This document shows positions 17,685 to 26,848 of a DNA stretch of 59,856 bases, in pieces. The stretch is from Desulfotomaculaceae bacterium (GTDB lineage: Bacteria > Bacillota > Desulfotomaculia > Desulfotomaculales > Pelotomaculaceae): the NCBI GenBank assembly GCA_028702435.1, contig JAQVOX010000001.1:1-59856 (forward strand), given 5' to 3'. The translations under genes and the position numbers were made by a program. Under the pieces are notes generated by a model that was not told the origin of the DNA, ran no database searches, and saw only the letters and a program-made list of their open reading frames with translations. Position 1 is the stretch's first letter; every line of letters starts with the position of its first letter.

Positions 17685-19379
17685 GTGGATATAAAGAGGC
17701 AAAAAAGGCTGATTACAGCTTTTTATTTTTTTGTGTTAGTGCTGGGACTTCTTGCTGTTAGACTCTGGGTAATTCAGGTTAGGGACGGGGACAATTACGC
17801 TATTATGGCTCTGGAACAGGGAAGTAGCTCGGTGGTTTTAGAAGATGTATGCAGGGGGAGAATCCTGGACAGAAACCTGATGCCTTTAACTGGTGCAAGA
17901 GTTGGTGATCGGGTAGTTTTCTTTCCTGCATTAATAGAAGATAAGGACTTAGTACTGCAGGTCCTCTCAGAAACACTTAATACTCCACAACAGGAGTTAG
18001 CTGGTTTTCTGTACGATCCCAGCTATTTGCCGTTAACGCTGTTGCCGGAGCAATCCAAGGCTGTTAAAGAATATGACTGGAAAGGAGTGACAGTATTACC
18101 TGTAAGCTTTAGGTATGGGGACCGGCCGCTGGCAGCGCAAGTAGTGGGACACCTGGGTCGAATTTCCTCGAAAGAGGAATTATCTTTATTAAGCGAGAGG
18201 AGTAACAAGCTCTACCGGTTTAGCGATTTAGTCGGCAAATCAGGTCTTGAATTTTTTTATGAGACGGAACTCAAAGGGGGAAGACCGGAACGAGCAGTGA
18301 GGATTTTTTACGACGCGGAGGGAAATCTTTTAAAGGGTTCCGTCTTTCAAGTAGAGGATGATGTCAGGGACAAAACCAGAAGGGATTTGGTGCTCACTAT
18401 TGACGCCCGGATTCAGAGTATTGTTGAAGAGGTGATGGACCAAAGAGTAGCAAAGGGCGCGGTAGTAGTGATGGAGGCCGGTACGGGAGACCTTCTCGCT
18501 ATGGCTGGACGTCCATCCTATCATCCCGCACAGGTGGAAGTATATTTGCAAAATGGCGGGGAGGAACGTTTTTTTGACCATTGTACCGCACTATACCCGC
18601 CTGGCTCTATTTTTAAAATAGTAGTGGCTGCGGCCGCTCTTGAGGAAGGTATAGCTAGGCTAAATAGCCGGTTCACCTGTCATGGGGAAAATGAGCAATT
18701 AATCCATTGCTGGAAGGACGCCGGGCACGGCAGTATTACTTTTGCACAAGCATTTGCCGCATCCTGCAACCCTGTTTTTGCGCGATTGGGCTTAAGCTTG
18801 GGAGACTCAAAAATAATAGAATATGCCCAAAGGTTAGGTCTTGACAACCAGGTTGTTACCGGTTACCCGGTACCGCCCGACCACCGCCAGGACCTGAATC
18901 TGATTAACGCTCCTAATAGTCTGGTAAACAGCAGCGTCGGCCAGGGACCTGTTCTAGCTACTCCGGTGCAGGTGACTGCTATGTTAAATGCGGTTGTTTC
19001 TGATGGTATCTACCGGTTACCACGCCTGGTCAAAGAGTTACGTGAAAGCAACGGGAAAGTAGCCCGGGAGTTTACTGCGGACCCCGGCCGAAAAGCAATC
19101 CAGCCTGATACCGCTAGTGAGCTGCGCCGGTTATTAGAACTGGTAATTGATGAGGGCGCCGGAAGTGAGGCCATGGCGCCACTTTTCGGTAGCGCCGGTA
19201 AAACCGGATCAGCCCAGGTGGGCGATAGTGGACAGGTAAACGCTTGGTTTACCGGCTACGCCCCCCGGGCAAATCCATGCTATATTGTGACGGTGCTGGT
19301 AGAAGGCGGGGCCAGCGGCGCCGAGTCGGCAGCCCCTGTTTTCCGAGAAATTATGGAGCAAATCTTGAGTTTAGACTAG
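17685..19379 (+). CDS. class B penicillin-binding protein (FtsI/SpoVD-type transpeptidase)
   Basis: N-terminal TM segment, PBP dimerisation domain, SIFK (SxxK), SCN (SxN) and KTGSA (KTG) motifs. Confidence 0.9.
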   Translation: MDIKRQKRLITAFYFFVLVLGLLAVRLWVIQVRDGDNYAIMALEQGSSSVVLEDVCRGRILDRNLMPLTGARVGDRVVFFPALIEDKDLVLQVLSETLNTPQQELAGFLYDPSYLPLTLLPEQSKAVKEYDWKGVTVLPVSFRYGDRPLAAQVVGHLGRISSKEELSLLSERSNKLYRFSDLVGKSGLEFFYETELKGGRPERAVRIFYDAEGNLLKGSVFQVEDDVRDKTRRDLVLTIDARIQSIVEEVMDQRVAKGAVVVMEAGTGDLLAMAGRPSYHPAQVEVYLQNGGEERFFDHCTALYPPGSIFKIVVAAAALEEGIARLNSRFTCHGENEQLIHCWKDAGHGSITFAQAFAASCNPVFARLGLSLGDSKIIEYAQRLGLDNQVVTGYPVPPDHRQDLNLINAPNSLVNSSVGQGPVLATPVQVTAMLNAVVSDGIYRLPRLVKELRESNGKVAREFTADPGRKAIQPDTASELRRLLELVIDEGAGSEAMAPLFGSAGKTGSAQVGDSGQVNAWFTGYAPRANPCYIVTVLVEGGASGAESAAPVFREIMEQILSLD

Positions 19380-19609
19380 GAGAGCAGCTTTTCCAGCTCA
19401 CTCCGGTTAAAACCTATAACTACCTGATCGCCGGAAGTAATTGTTGGGACAGCCAAACGACCGGTTTTCTTAACCATGTCATCCCTAGCGCGCGCGTCAT
19501 CGGCCACATTAACTTCCTTGTATAGAACACCCTTTTGTGAAAGATACTCCTTCACGTGGTTGCAATGAGGTCAAGTGGGTGTTGTATAAACAGTTACTTC
19601 ATGTATCAT
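19376..19609 (-). CDS. glutaredoxin/NrdH-like redoxin with in-frame TGA at the first CxxC position (candidate selenoprotein, U-P-H-C); alternatively a pseudogene
   Basis: My own translation is MIHEVTVYTTPT[TGA]PHCNHVKEYLSQKGVLYKEVNVADDARARDDMVKKTGRLAVPTITSGDQVVIGFNRSELEKLLS. RBS GGGGGA. The TGA is at 19571-19573. Confidence 0.6.
19537..19555 (-). promoter_or_regulatory. candidate bacterial SECIS hairpin
   Basis: GUGAAGG-AGUAU-CUUUCAC starts 15 nt after the UGA. An outer helix AACACCC/GGGUGUU (19577-19583 / 19526-19532) encloses it. Confidence 0.4.
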
Positions 19610-19653
19610 ATATTATTCCCCCTGAGAAACCCCGCCGCATTGCTGCGGGACTC

Positions 19654-19869
19654 TTAAAATGTTGGTAAACTATCCAAATTATTATTTTCAGAGTCATCAG
19701 GATTGCTTCTAAGATATTCTTTTCCTGTTCTTGATTTCGCTACATTTACCCCTTCTATTTTTCCTTCCTTCGCCATCATGATGGCCTCATCAATACTGTA
19801 GATATTATTGTTGAACATGACGTCGGTGATATCGCCTTCCGAGTTTCTCTTTACTCTTTCAATGTTCAA
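19654..19869 (-). CDS. DUF3892 domain small protein
   Basis: GDITDVMFNNNIYSIDEAIMMAKEGKIEGVNVAKSRTGKEYLRSNPDDSENNNLDSLP. I shortened it to TTG 19869, preceded by GAGGGGG. The longer 119-aa form has an implausible N-terminus. Confidence 0.65.
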   Translation of the reverse strand: MNIERVKRNSEGDITDVMFNNNIYSIDEAIMMAKEGKIEGVNVAKSRTGKEYLRSNPDDSENNNLDSLPTF

Positions 19870-20072
19870 TTTCTTAACCCCCTCACGTAATAGTATTACC
19901 GTAAAAAGCAATATTATCAGTTTGTTTATCAGAAATTTGCAGTGGCTATTGCTAGTATATCCGCCTGTCATAGGGATTGACGCTGGATATGTTTTGCATA
20001 TACAATTATACAATTATAGATAAAGGAAAAAGCAAGCATGTAAAATATGTAAAGTAAACATACTAGTATAAT

Positions 20073-20160
20073 CCTGGAGCTAGCATCGGTAAATAACACA
20101 CAACTTGTGAGACTTTTAACATGACTGTTATTTTGGCGGTTGTGTTAGAAGTCTCATTTT
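20073..20160 (+). ncRNA. structured 5' leader, possibly a degenerate yybP-ykoY (Mn2+) riboswitch with terminator-like helix
   Basis: CUGGAGCUAGCAUCGGUAAA core. Interleaved helices ACACAAC/GUUGUGU (20098-20104 / 20139-20145) and GAGACUU/AAGUCUC (20109-20115 / 20149-20155), then AUUUUAUU. Confidence 0.3.
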
Positions 20161-20184
20161 ATTGTATTAAAAAGGAGTAAGACT

Positions 20185-20429
20185 ATGTGGTTAGCATTTA
20201 TAGGTACAGTGGCAATGGTAGTGCTGGCTGATATGGGGGGTAAAATACAGTTGCTGGCGATGGTGTTTGCCACGCGCTTTCCCGCAAGGGCTGTCTTTGG
20301 GGTGTGCTAATTAGCAACTATACTAAAATGCTTTGGCAGTTGCTCTGGGTGTCTATTGGGGCAACCTTGTTCGACATGGAGGTAGCTAAAGCTATTGCAG
20401 CAGGTTCTTTTATTCAAATCTTTCCGTAG
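20185..20429 (+). pseudogene. frameshifted single-domain UPF0016 (GDT1/TMEM165-type cation exporter) remnant
   Basis: MWLAFIGTVAMVVLADMGGKIQLLAMVFATRFPARAVFGV then a stop. It continues in the +1 frame (VLISNYTKMLWQLLWVSIGATLF...[13 protein letters not shown]) after a G4 run at 20299-20302. The ExGD(K/R)(T/S) motif is degenerate. Confidence 0.4.
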
Positions 20430-21117
20430 CGAATTCCTTGGATAGCTTGCCCAGAGCCTTCTTTTCGATACGTGACACGTATGAGCGGGATATGCCGAGG
20501 TTTTTTGCTATTTCGCGCTGAGTTTGCCGCGTCATGTTATCCAGGCCGAATCTGAGTTCAAGTACTTTTTTTTCCCGTCCTGTTAGCTTGCGTACTTTTT
20601 CCCTGAGATGTTTTCGTTCAAAGTTGCTTTCCACTATTTCTACCACTACTTCAGGGTGAGTGCCTAATATATCAACTAAAGTGATCTCATTGCCTTCTTT
20701 ATCCACACCGATAGGATCATATAGTGATACCTCTGATTTCACTTTCTTTGTATACCGTAGATGCATTAAGATTTCATTTTCGATACAACGGGCTGCATAG
20801 GTCGCCAGGCGAGCCCCTTTCCCGGGATTGAAGGTGTTGATAGCTTTGATTAGACCAATGGCGCCGATAGAAATCAGGTCCTCTGAATCTTCCCCAGTGT
20901 TATCGAATTTTTTCACCACATGTGCAACCAGGCGTAAATTTCTCTCAGCAAGGACTTTGCGTGCTTCCTCGTCACCGCTAGCTAGTAGGCGAAGGTATTC
21001 TAATTCTTCTTTCTCTGATAGCGGCTGTGGAAATGAATTATTAGCAATATACGAGACGAGCAGCAAGAGGCCGTTGACTAGAGATACCACAGTCAAAGCC
21101 CAGATACCAGATAGCAT
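20410..21117 (-). CDS. sigK: RNA polymerase sporulation sigma factor SigK (pro-sigma-K), uninterrupted
   Basis: Pro-sequence plus [75 protein letters not shown]. Confidence 0.92.
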   Translation of the reverse strand: MLSGIWALTVVSLVNGLLLLVSYIANNSFPQPLSEKEELEYLRLLASGDEEARKVLAERNLRLVAHVVKKFDNTGEDSEDLISIGAIGLIKAINTFNPGKGARLATYAARCIENEILMHLRYTKKVKSEVSLYDPIGVDKEGNEITLVDILGTHPEVVVEIVESNFERKHLREKVRKLTGREKKVLELRFGLDNMTRQTQREIAKNLGISRSYVSRIEKKALGKLSKEFATERFE

Positions 21118-21374
21118 CGATGTTTACCCCTTTCCTTAAAAAAATTGCTAGATAAGCTTCGGATAAGTAATAATATGAAAAAAGTAAATGTAAGGTGCAA
21201 GTCCATTGTCAAAATATAAATACTATTGGTTTATGATTGTGACAGATTGCATCACGTAAACAAGTTTTTATGGGAGGCTTGACTGAATTACTTGTTTCTA
21301 AGGTGCAGACCGGGGTAGAATGTCTATGTACGGGGAAATTTAGACAGGTTTGTTAATTTCGGAGGTAGGTTCAT

Positions 21375-21986
21375 ATGATTAATGCTACCGGGGTGATCCT
21401 GGCTGGAGGGAAAAGCTCTCGTATGGGCGCCAATAAGGCTTTGATCAATATTGGAAAAAAAGGTATGATTGAGCGTGTGGCAAGTGAGCTGGAAAAAGTA
21501 TGTGCAGAAGTTTTAGTTTCCGGCGGTGATGAAAAGAACGGAAAACAGTTGGGCCTGAAGGTTGTCCCCGACATGATTCCGGGGCGGGGGCCGCTTAGTG
21601 GTATTCATGCTTCCCTTCACGTTGCGGAATATGACATTTGCTTGGTAGCGGCCTGTGATATGCCTTTTATTAGAGCTGAGCTGGCAAGCTTAATGCTTCA
21701 GGAAGTAAAAGGCTATGATGCCGCTGTGCCCAGACATGGGATTTACCTCCAGCCGCTGTTCGCCGTATACTGTAAAAGCTGTCTACCAGCCCTTGAAGGG
21801 TATTTAAATTCAGGGGGAATTGCAGTTGCTAAATCATTACCACTGCTCAGGGTAAATTATGTTAGTGAAGAAAAAGTTGGTTTATTGACTGATGTAGAGA
21901 CTGTTTTTTTTAATGTTAATACGCCGGAAGATTTAACTAAGGCTAGAAAAATGGACCGAAAAACTAAAGAGAATAGTCAGATTTAA
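21375..21986 (+). CDS. mobA: molybdenum cofactor guanylyltransferase
   Basis: GVILAGGKSSRMG N-terminus, PDMIPGRGPLSGIHA, ACDMPF. Confidence 0.88.
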   Translation: MINATGVILAGGKSSRMGANKALINIGKKGMIERVASELEKVCAEVLVSGGDEKNGKQLGLKVVPDMIPGRGPLSGIHASLHVAEYDICLVAACDMPFIRAELASLMLQEVKGYDAAVPRHGIYLQPLFAVYCKSCLPALEGYLNSGGIAVAKSLPLLRVNYVSEEKVGLLTDVETVFFNVNTPEDLTKARKMDRKTKENSQI

Positions 21987-22023
21987 AATATCATATGTAT
22001 AATCAAGAAAGGTAACATAAGTT

Positions 22024-22542
22024 TTGTTGAAAATTTTTTATCCTAGAATTTTTGTGTCTTCGGTAACGGATATTCAACTGGAAATGCTTAGAGGGCTAGG
22101 AATAAAAGGAGTTCTCTTTGACCTGGATAATACTATTGTTAGTAGGGACTCAAGTCAGTTCCCCCCTGAGGTTTACGACTACTTAAATAAGTTGCGTGCA
22201 CAAGGTTTTAAGTTAGGGATAATTTCTAATAACGGCCGCAGGCGGGTGACCTCTATCGCCGGCCTGCTAGGGATCCCATCGGTATATAGAGCGGTCAAAC
22301 CCTGGGCAGGGCCGTTTCGGCGTGCTTTGAAAATGCTGGGGACTTCTGCCCGGGAGACTGCCCTGGTTGGCGACCAGATATTTACCGATATACTGGGGGG
22401 AAATTTGGCCGGCCTGCATACGATCCTGGTTGTCCCCATGGATGGAAAGGATTTTTGGGGCTCGCGGCTAATCACCCGTCCTTTGGAAAAGCTGGTGTTG
22501 GCCAGGCTGAGCAAATACACGGAGATAATTCATGAAAAATAG
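22024..22542 (+). CDS. YqeG family HAD-IIIA phosphatase
   Basis: GVLFDLDNTIV (DxDxT), ISNN, VGDQIFTDILGGN. Confidence 0.85.
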   Translation: MLKIFYPRIFVSSVTDIQLEMLRGLGIKGVLFDLDNTIVSRDSSQFPPEVYDYLNKLRAQGFKLGIISNNGRRRVTSIAGLLGIPSVYRAVKPWAGPFRRALKMLGTSARETALVGDQIFTDILGGNLAGLHTILVVPMDGKDFWGSRLITRPLEKLVLARLSKYTEIIHEK

Positions 22543-23428
22543 GATTAGTGGCCGTACCAGAGTGTGCGGGATTTTTGGTTACCCCGTCGAACACTCTTTT
22601 TCCCCGGCCATGCACAACGCTGCCTTTTCTGCTCTCGGCCTGAATTTTGTCTATGTGCCTTTTCTGGTTGAGCCGGATAATCTTTCGGCAGCGGTTGAAG
22701 CGGTGAAGACACTAGGGCTTACCGGAGTAAACGTAACTATTCCGCATAAACAGGCGGTACTGCCGCTCTTGGATGAAACCACTGAAGCCGCTGCGGTGAT
22801 TGGCGCTGTCAATACCATCGTTAATCAATCAGGGCGCCTGCTTGGTGATAATACTGATGGAAAGGGATTTCTACGTGCGCTTGAAGAAAAGACCGGGTTT
22901 ACCCCTACCGGCAAAACAATACTAATTCTGGGTGCAGGCGGCGCGGCGCGGGCTGTAGCAGTTCAGTTAGCCCTGGCTGGAGTAAAGAAAGTGTTTTTGA
23001 CCAATCGCTCCAGGGAACGGGCAGAACTATTGGCTGCTCTACTTGCTGACAAAACAACGGCGGTAGTTGAAGTGGTTTCCTGGCCGGGCGGCAAGAAAAA
23101 CCAGCGACTGGTTGAAATGCTGCGGGGTATCGAATTGGTGGTTCAGACCACCCCAATTGGCATGTATCCTGATGAAGGTTCAGCCCTATCGTTGCCTGAC
23201 GGCATATTCAGGCCAGGACAGATAGTCTGCGACCTGATCTATAATCCAGTTGAAACGCTTTTTCTAAAGAATGCCCGCCGTGCCGGCGCAACGGCAATAA
23301 ATGGGCTGGGAATGTTATTATACCAGGGCGTCCTGGCCTTTGAGCTATGGACAGGTGTGGCCGCACCGGTCGGGGTGATGAGGCAAGCGCTGGCTGATAG
23401 TATTTACAGTCATGCTCCGCACAGGTGA
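22532..23428 (+). CDS. aroE: shikimate dehydrogenase
   Basis: GYPVEHSFSPAMHN, NVTIPHK, GAVNT, GDNTDG, LGAGGAARA. Confidence 0.93.
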   Translation: MKNRISGRTRVCGIFGYPVEHSFSPAMHNAAFSALGLNFVYVPFLVEPDNLSAAVEAVKTLGLTGVNVTIPHKQAVLPLLDETTEAAAVIGAVNTIVNQSGRLLGDNTDGKGFLRALEEKTGFTPTGKTILILGAGGAARAVAVQLALAGVKKVFLTNRSRERAELLAALLADKTTAVVEVVSWPGGKKNQRLVEMLRGIELVVQTTPIGMYPDEGSALSLPDGIFRPGQIVCDLIYNPVETLFLKNARRAGATAINGLGMLLYQGVLAFELWTGVAAPVGVMRQALADSIYSHAPHR

Positions 23429-23476
23429 ACAACAATTAGTTCTTTTTTGAATAAACTTTTACTGGGGGAAACGAAA

Positions 23477-24637
23477 TTGCTAAGATACCTTACTGCGGGG
23501 GAATCCCACGGGCCGGCGCTGACTGCGATCATAGAAGGTATGCCGGCAGGGGTTACTCTGACCGGGGATTATGTCAACAGGCAGTTGGCCCGCCGGCAGG
23601 GGGGATACGGCCGCGGCGCCAGGATGAAAATTGAGAGCGATGAAGTGCGCTTCCTGTCCGGAGTACGCGGTGGGTTGACCTTGGGTAGCCCGATTACGCT
23701 TCAGGTGGCTAATAAGGACTGGGACAACTGGTCAGAGGTAATGGCGCCGGAACCAGGTACGCGGCTGGACGAACGGGTTGTCACCCGGCCCAGGCCGGGA
23801 CACGCCGATCTTGCGGGAGCGGTTAAGTACGGTCACCGCGATATCCGTAATGTGCTGGAACGTTCCAGTGCCAGGGAGACTGCAGCCAGGGTGGCTGTGG
23901 GCAGTGTAGCCAGGAGACTTCTTGATGAACTGGGAATTAAGGTGACCGGCCAGGTAGTGCGGATTGGAAGCGTTGAGGCCAGGGCTCTCGGTTGCTGTAA
24001 GGAGGATTTGGCTGACGCACTGGCTGGATCGCAGCTCTTGTGTAGCGATCCGGAAGCGGAGCGGCGGATGATCGATGCCATTGATCAGGCACGTGAACAA
24101 GGTGATACACTTGGAGGTATCTTCCAAATCAGGGCTTATGGTGTTCCAGCCGGACTGGGAAGCTACGTACATTGGGACCGGAGGCTAGACGGACGCCTGG
24201 CTGCGGCATTAATGAGCATTCAGGCGGTAAAGGGGGTAGAAATAGGGTTAGGGTTCAACGCGGCAGGGCAGGCTGGATCGTTAGTTCAAGATGAAATATT
24301 TTACGAGCATGGGCGTGGTTTTTTTCGCCGGTCCAACCACGCTGGTGGGGTTGAAGGCGGCGTAACTAATGGCGAGATATTAATTTTGAACGCTGCTATG
24401 AAACCGATACCAACACTTTACCGGCCGCTGCAAAGTGTAGACTTGATCACTAAAGAGCCTTTATCTGCTTCTATTGAGCGCTCCGACGTTTGTGCCGTCC
24501 CTGCAGCCTGTGTGATCGGTGAGGCTGTGGTAGCCTGGGAACTGGCCCGGGCTTGCCTGGAAAAGTGCGGGGGGGATACTTTGGCTGAATTAAAGGGTAA
24601 TTGGGAAAAGTACCTGTTGTATCTAAGGCAGGTGTAA
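23477..24637 (+). CDS. aroC: chorismate synthase
   Basis: [42 protein letters not shown] moved the start to TTG 23477 (RBS GGGGGA). Confidence 0.95.
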   Translation: MLRYLTAGESHGPALTAIIEGMPAGVTLTGDYVNRQLARRQGGYGRGARMKIESDEVRFLSGVRGGLTLGSPITLQVANKDWDNWSEVMAPEPGTRLDERVVTRPRPGHADLAGAVKYGHRDIRNVLERSSARETAARVAVGSVARRLLDELGIKVTGQVVRIGSVEARALGCCKEDLADALAGSQLLCSDPEAERRMIDAIDQAREQGDTLGGIFQIRAYGVPAGLGSYVHWDRRLDGRLAAALMSIQAVKGVEIGLGFNAAGQAGSLVQDEIFYEHGRGFFRRSNHAGGVEGGVTNGEILILNAAMKPIPTLYRPLQSVDLITKEPLSASIERSDVCAVPAACVIGEAVVAWELARACLEKCGGDTLAELKGNWEKYLLYLRQV

Positions 24638-24642
24638 TTTTA

Positions 24643-25161
24643 TTGAAAAAAAATATTGTTTTAATAGGGTTTATGGGGACCGGTAAGACTTCGATCGGTC
24701 GCCGCTTGGCCTTGCGTCTCAAGATGAAATTTATTGATACAGATGCGGAAATTGAAAATATTACCGGTAAATCGGTGACTCGGATAATTGCACGCGATGG
24801 ATTGATCCGTTTCCGTTCCGAAGAAGCGCTGCTAATCAAAAAACTTTCACTGCGGGAAGGTTTGGTAATTTCAACCGGTGGGGGGATGGTGTTATTTCCC
24901 GAAAACGTGCGCCTCTTGAAAGAAAACGGTATTTTAATCGGTCTTTTTGCATCGCCGGAAATTATCTTTAACCGGTTAAAAAAGAAGAAAAACCGGCCCT
25001 TGCTAATGAAAGGAAACATGAAGGAGCAGATTGAGGCTCTAATGAAAGAGCGCCATGGAGCTTACGATGTGTCTGATTTTTCTGTGGATACGGGAAATTT
25101 ATCCCAGGAAGAGGCGGTGGAAATGATTATCCGCTACCTCAAGGAAGAGCAATATTGCTAG
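24643..25161 (+). CDS. aroK: shikimate kinase
   Basis: NIVLIGFMGTGKTSIGRRLA Walker A, FRSEE, STGGG. I moved the start to TTG 24643. Confidence 0.9.
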   Translation: MKKNIVLIGFMGTGKTSIGRRLALRLKMKFIDTDAEIENITGKSVTRIIARDGLIRFRSEEALLIKKLSLREGLVISTGGGMVLFPENVRLLKENGILIGLFASPEIIFNRLKKKKNRPLLMKGNMKEQIEALMKERHGAYDVSDFSVDTGNLSQEEAVEMIIRYLKEEQYC

Positions 25162-25236
25162 AGGTAAGATTTCGATAGCTAATTTGAGCGGGGCAATATT
25201 AAATCTATATAAGCAATAACGGGAGTTGTATCAACT

Positions 25237-26319
25237 TTGGAAATAATTAAAGTAGACCTGGGAGCTAGGAGTTACAATATTTATATCGGGTCTGACATCT
25301 TGCAGGACTTGGGCAGGTATTTAAAGGAACTGCCGGTAGGAAAAAAGGTCCTGGTGATTACCAATCCTAATGTGCGGCATCTTTACGGCAAGATTGTAAA
25401 AGAGTGCTTGTCCGGCGCTGGTTATAACGTATTAGTAGGAGAAATGGGTGACGGTGAAGAATATAAAACAATGGTTACTGCCGAGCGCTTTTACGACCTG
25501 GCCTATGAGAGCGGGATCGACCGTTTAAGTCCGGTGGTTGCCCTTGGTGGCGGTGTTGTCGGGGATACGGCCGGTTATGTGGCTGCCACATACCTGCGTG
25601 GAGTTCCGCTGATTCAGGTACCCACAACTTTGCTGGCCCAGGTGGATAGCAGTGTTGGCGGCAAAGTAGCGGTAAACCACCCCAGGGGGAAAAATATTAT
25701 CGGGGTATTTTACCAGCCCCATCTAGTGCTGGCCGATATCAACGTGTTAAAGACATTGCCACCGCGTGAATTAAGGTCTGGGTTGGCTGAAGTGATTAAG
25801 TACGGGGTAATTTGGAATGAAGAGTTTTTTTTCTGGCTGGAGGAAAATATCGAGCCGCTACTGGCTGGTGAGGCAGGCTCGCTTGTACATGTAGTGCGGG
25901 AGTCCTGCCGGATCAAAGCCAAAGTTGTGGAGGCTGACGAAACTGAAAGTGGCCTGAGGGCTATTTTGAACTACGGACATACTGTCGGCCATGCCGTTGA
26001 GGCCTTGACCGGATACAAGAAATACACCCACGGTGAGGCAGTGGGTATTGGGATGGTGGTTGCTGCTCGGCTGGCGTGGTCGCTGGATCTTTTAGGTTTC
26101 TCTGAGCTTTCTCGGATCGAAGCACTGGTCCGCCGGGCCGGTTTGCCGCATAAATTGCCGGAAAATCTTTTGCTTGAAGATCTTGTGGAAAGTTTCTTGC
26201 ATGACAAAAAAGTTACCGGCGGTAACCTGACTTTTGTCTTGCCCGAGCGTATCGGTAAGGTAGACATCAGAAAAGATTTAACCAGGAAAATACTAATTGA
26301 TTTTTTGAATTTGCGATAG
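25237..26319 (+). CDS. aroB: 3-dehydroquinate synthase
   Basis: ALGGGVVGDTAGYVAATYLRGV, VPTTLLAQVDSSVGGK, NYGHTVGHA. Confidence 0.95.
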   Translation: MEIIKVDLGARSYNIYIGSDILQDLGRYLKELPVGKKVLVITNPNVRHLYGKIVKECLSGAGYNVLVGEMGDGEEYKTMVTAERFYDLAYESGIDRLSPVVALGGGVVGDTAGYVAATYLRGVPLIQVPTTLLAQVDSSVGGKVAVNHPRGKNIIGVFYQPHLVLADINVLKTLPPRELRSGLAEVIKYGVIWNEEFFFWLEENIEPLLAGEAGSLVHVVRESCRIKAKVVEADETESGLRAILNYGHTVGHAVEALTGYKKYTHGEAVGIGMVVAARLAWSLDLLGFSELSRIEALVRRAGLPHKLPENLLLEDLVESFLHDKKVTGGNLTFVLPERIGKVDIRKDLTRKILIDFLNLR

Positions 26320-26341
26320 CCCTGAACCAGGTCTTCTAAGT

Positions 26342-26365
26342 GGGGGCAGAAAAGTCACTGCCCCC
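26342..26365. terminator. hairpin between convergent aroB and the CBM-like gene (no clear U-tract)
   Basis: GGGGGCAG-aaaagtca-CTGCCCCC. Confidence 0.45.
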
Positions 26366-26374
26366 GGTGTATCC

Positions 26375-26668
26375 CTAGCGAATGGCCCAGTTACTGCCGT
26401 TGTTATTATCCCAGTTGTTGGCTGAGTCCTTAAAGCAAAAGATGGTCTTATCGTTTTTCATTCTTATGGTTTTTTCCCATCCCTGAAAGGATTTATCCAT
26501 TTTCTGAGTGCTCGGATCCATCCAGCGATCGCCGGATCCATGGTGCAAGTAAACCTGGTCGGCTCCGGATTTTGCTAGCAGGCCGTTATAACAAATAGTA
26601 ACTTCATTGCCGAAAGCGTTGGGTTTTACTTCCACACCCTTTTGAAAATCATTCCATCCTCTTGCCAT
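26375..26668 (-). CDS. small carbohydrate-binding module protein (CBM25/CBM53-like starch-binding fold)
   Basis: ICYNG...QVYLHHG...W...GWEKTI...IFCFKDSANNWDNNNGSNW pattern. 97 aa with no signal peptide. Confidence 0.55.
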   Translation of the reverse strand: MARGWNDFQKGVEVKPNAFGNEVTICYNGLLAKSGADQVYLHHGSGDRWMDPSTQKMDKSFQGWEKTIRMKNDKTIFCFKDSANNWDNNNGSNWAIR

Positions 26669-26848
26669 TAGAGATCCCCCTTTGCAAAATTATTTGAAAC
26701 TATTTATTATGTTGGTTTATTAGTGAGGTTTTTATAACCGTTTATTTATGTAAAAATCTATATAAATATTCATTATTGCTATATATTTCAACAATATTAT
26801 AAATGGATAGCATAAATCGCTATTATTATTATTGATTGGAGGTTAACT

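Noticed and set aside
19654-20013. Full 119-aa version of the DUF3892 ORF.
   Set aside because: The N-terminal 48 residues (MYNCICKTYPASIPMTGGYTSNSHCKF...) look non-protein-like and lack an RBS. An internal TTG with GAGGGGG fits the domain boundary.
20410-21117. Checked sigK for interruption by a skin-like element.
   Set aside because: The ORF is a complete 235-aa pro-sigma-K with all regions contiguous.
21118-21374. Possible Moco riboswitch upstream of mobA; 8-bp inverted repeat AAACAAGT/ACTTGTTT at 21258-21265 / 21290-21297.
   Set aside because: I could not recognise the conserved Moco-motif core by eye. The spacer must also house the sigK promoter, and a single 8-bp dyad with a 24-nt loop is not enough.
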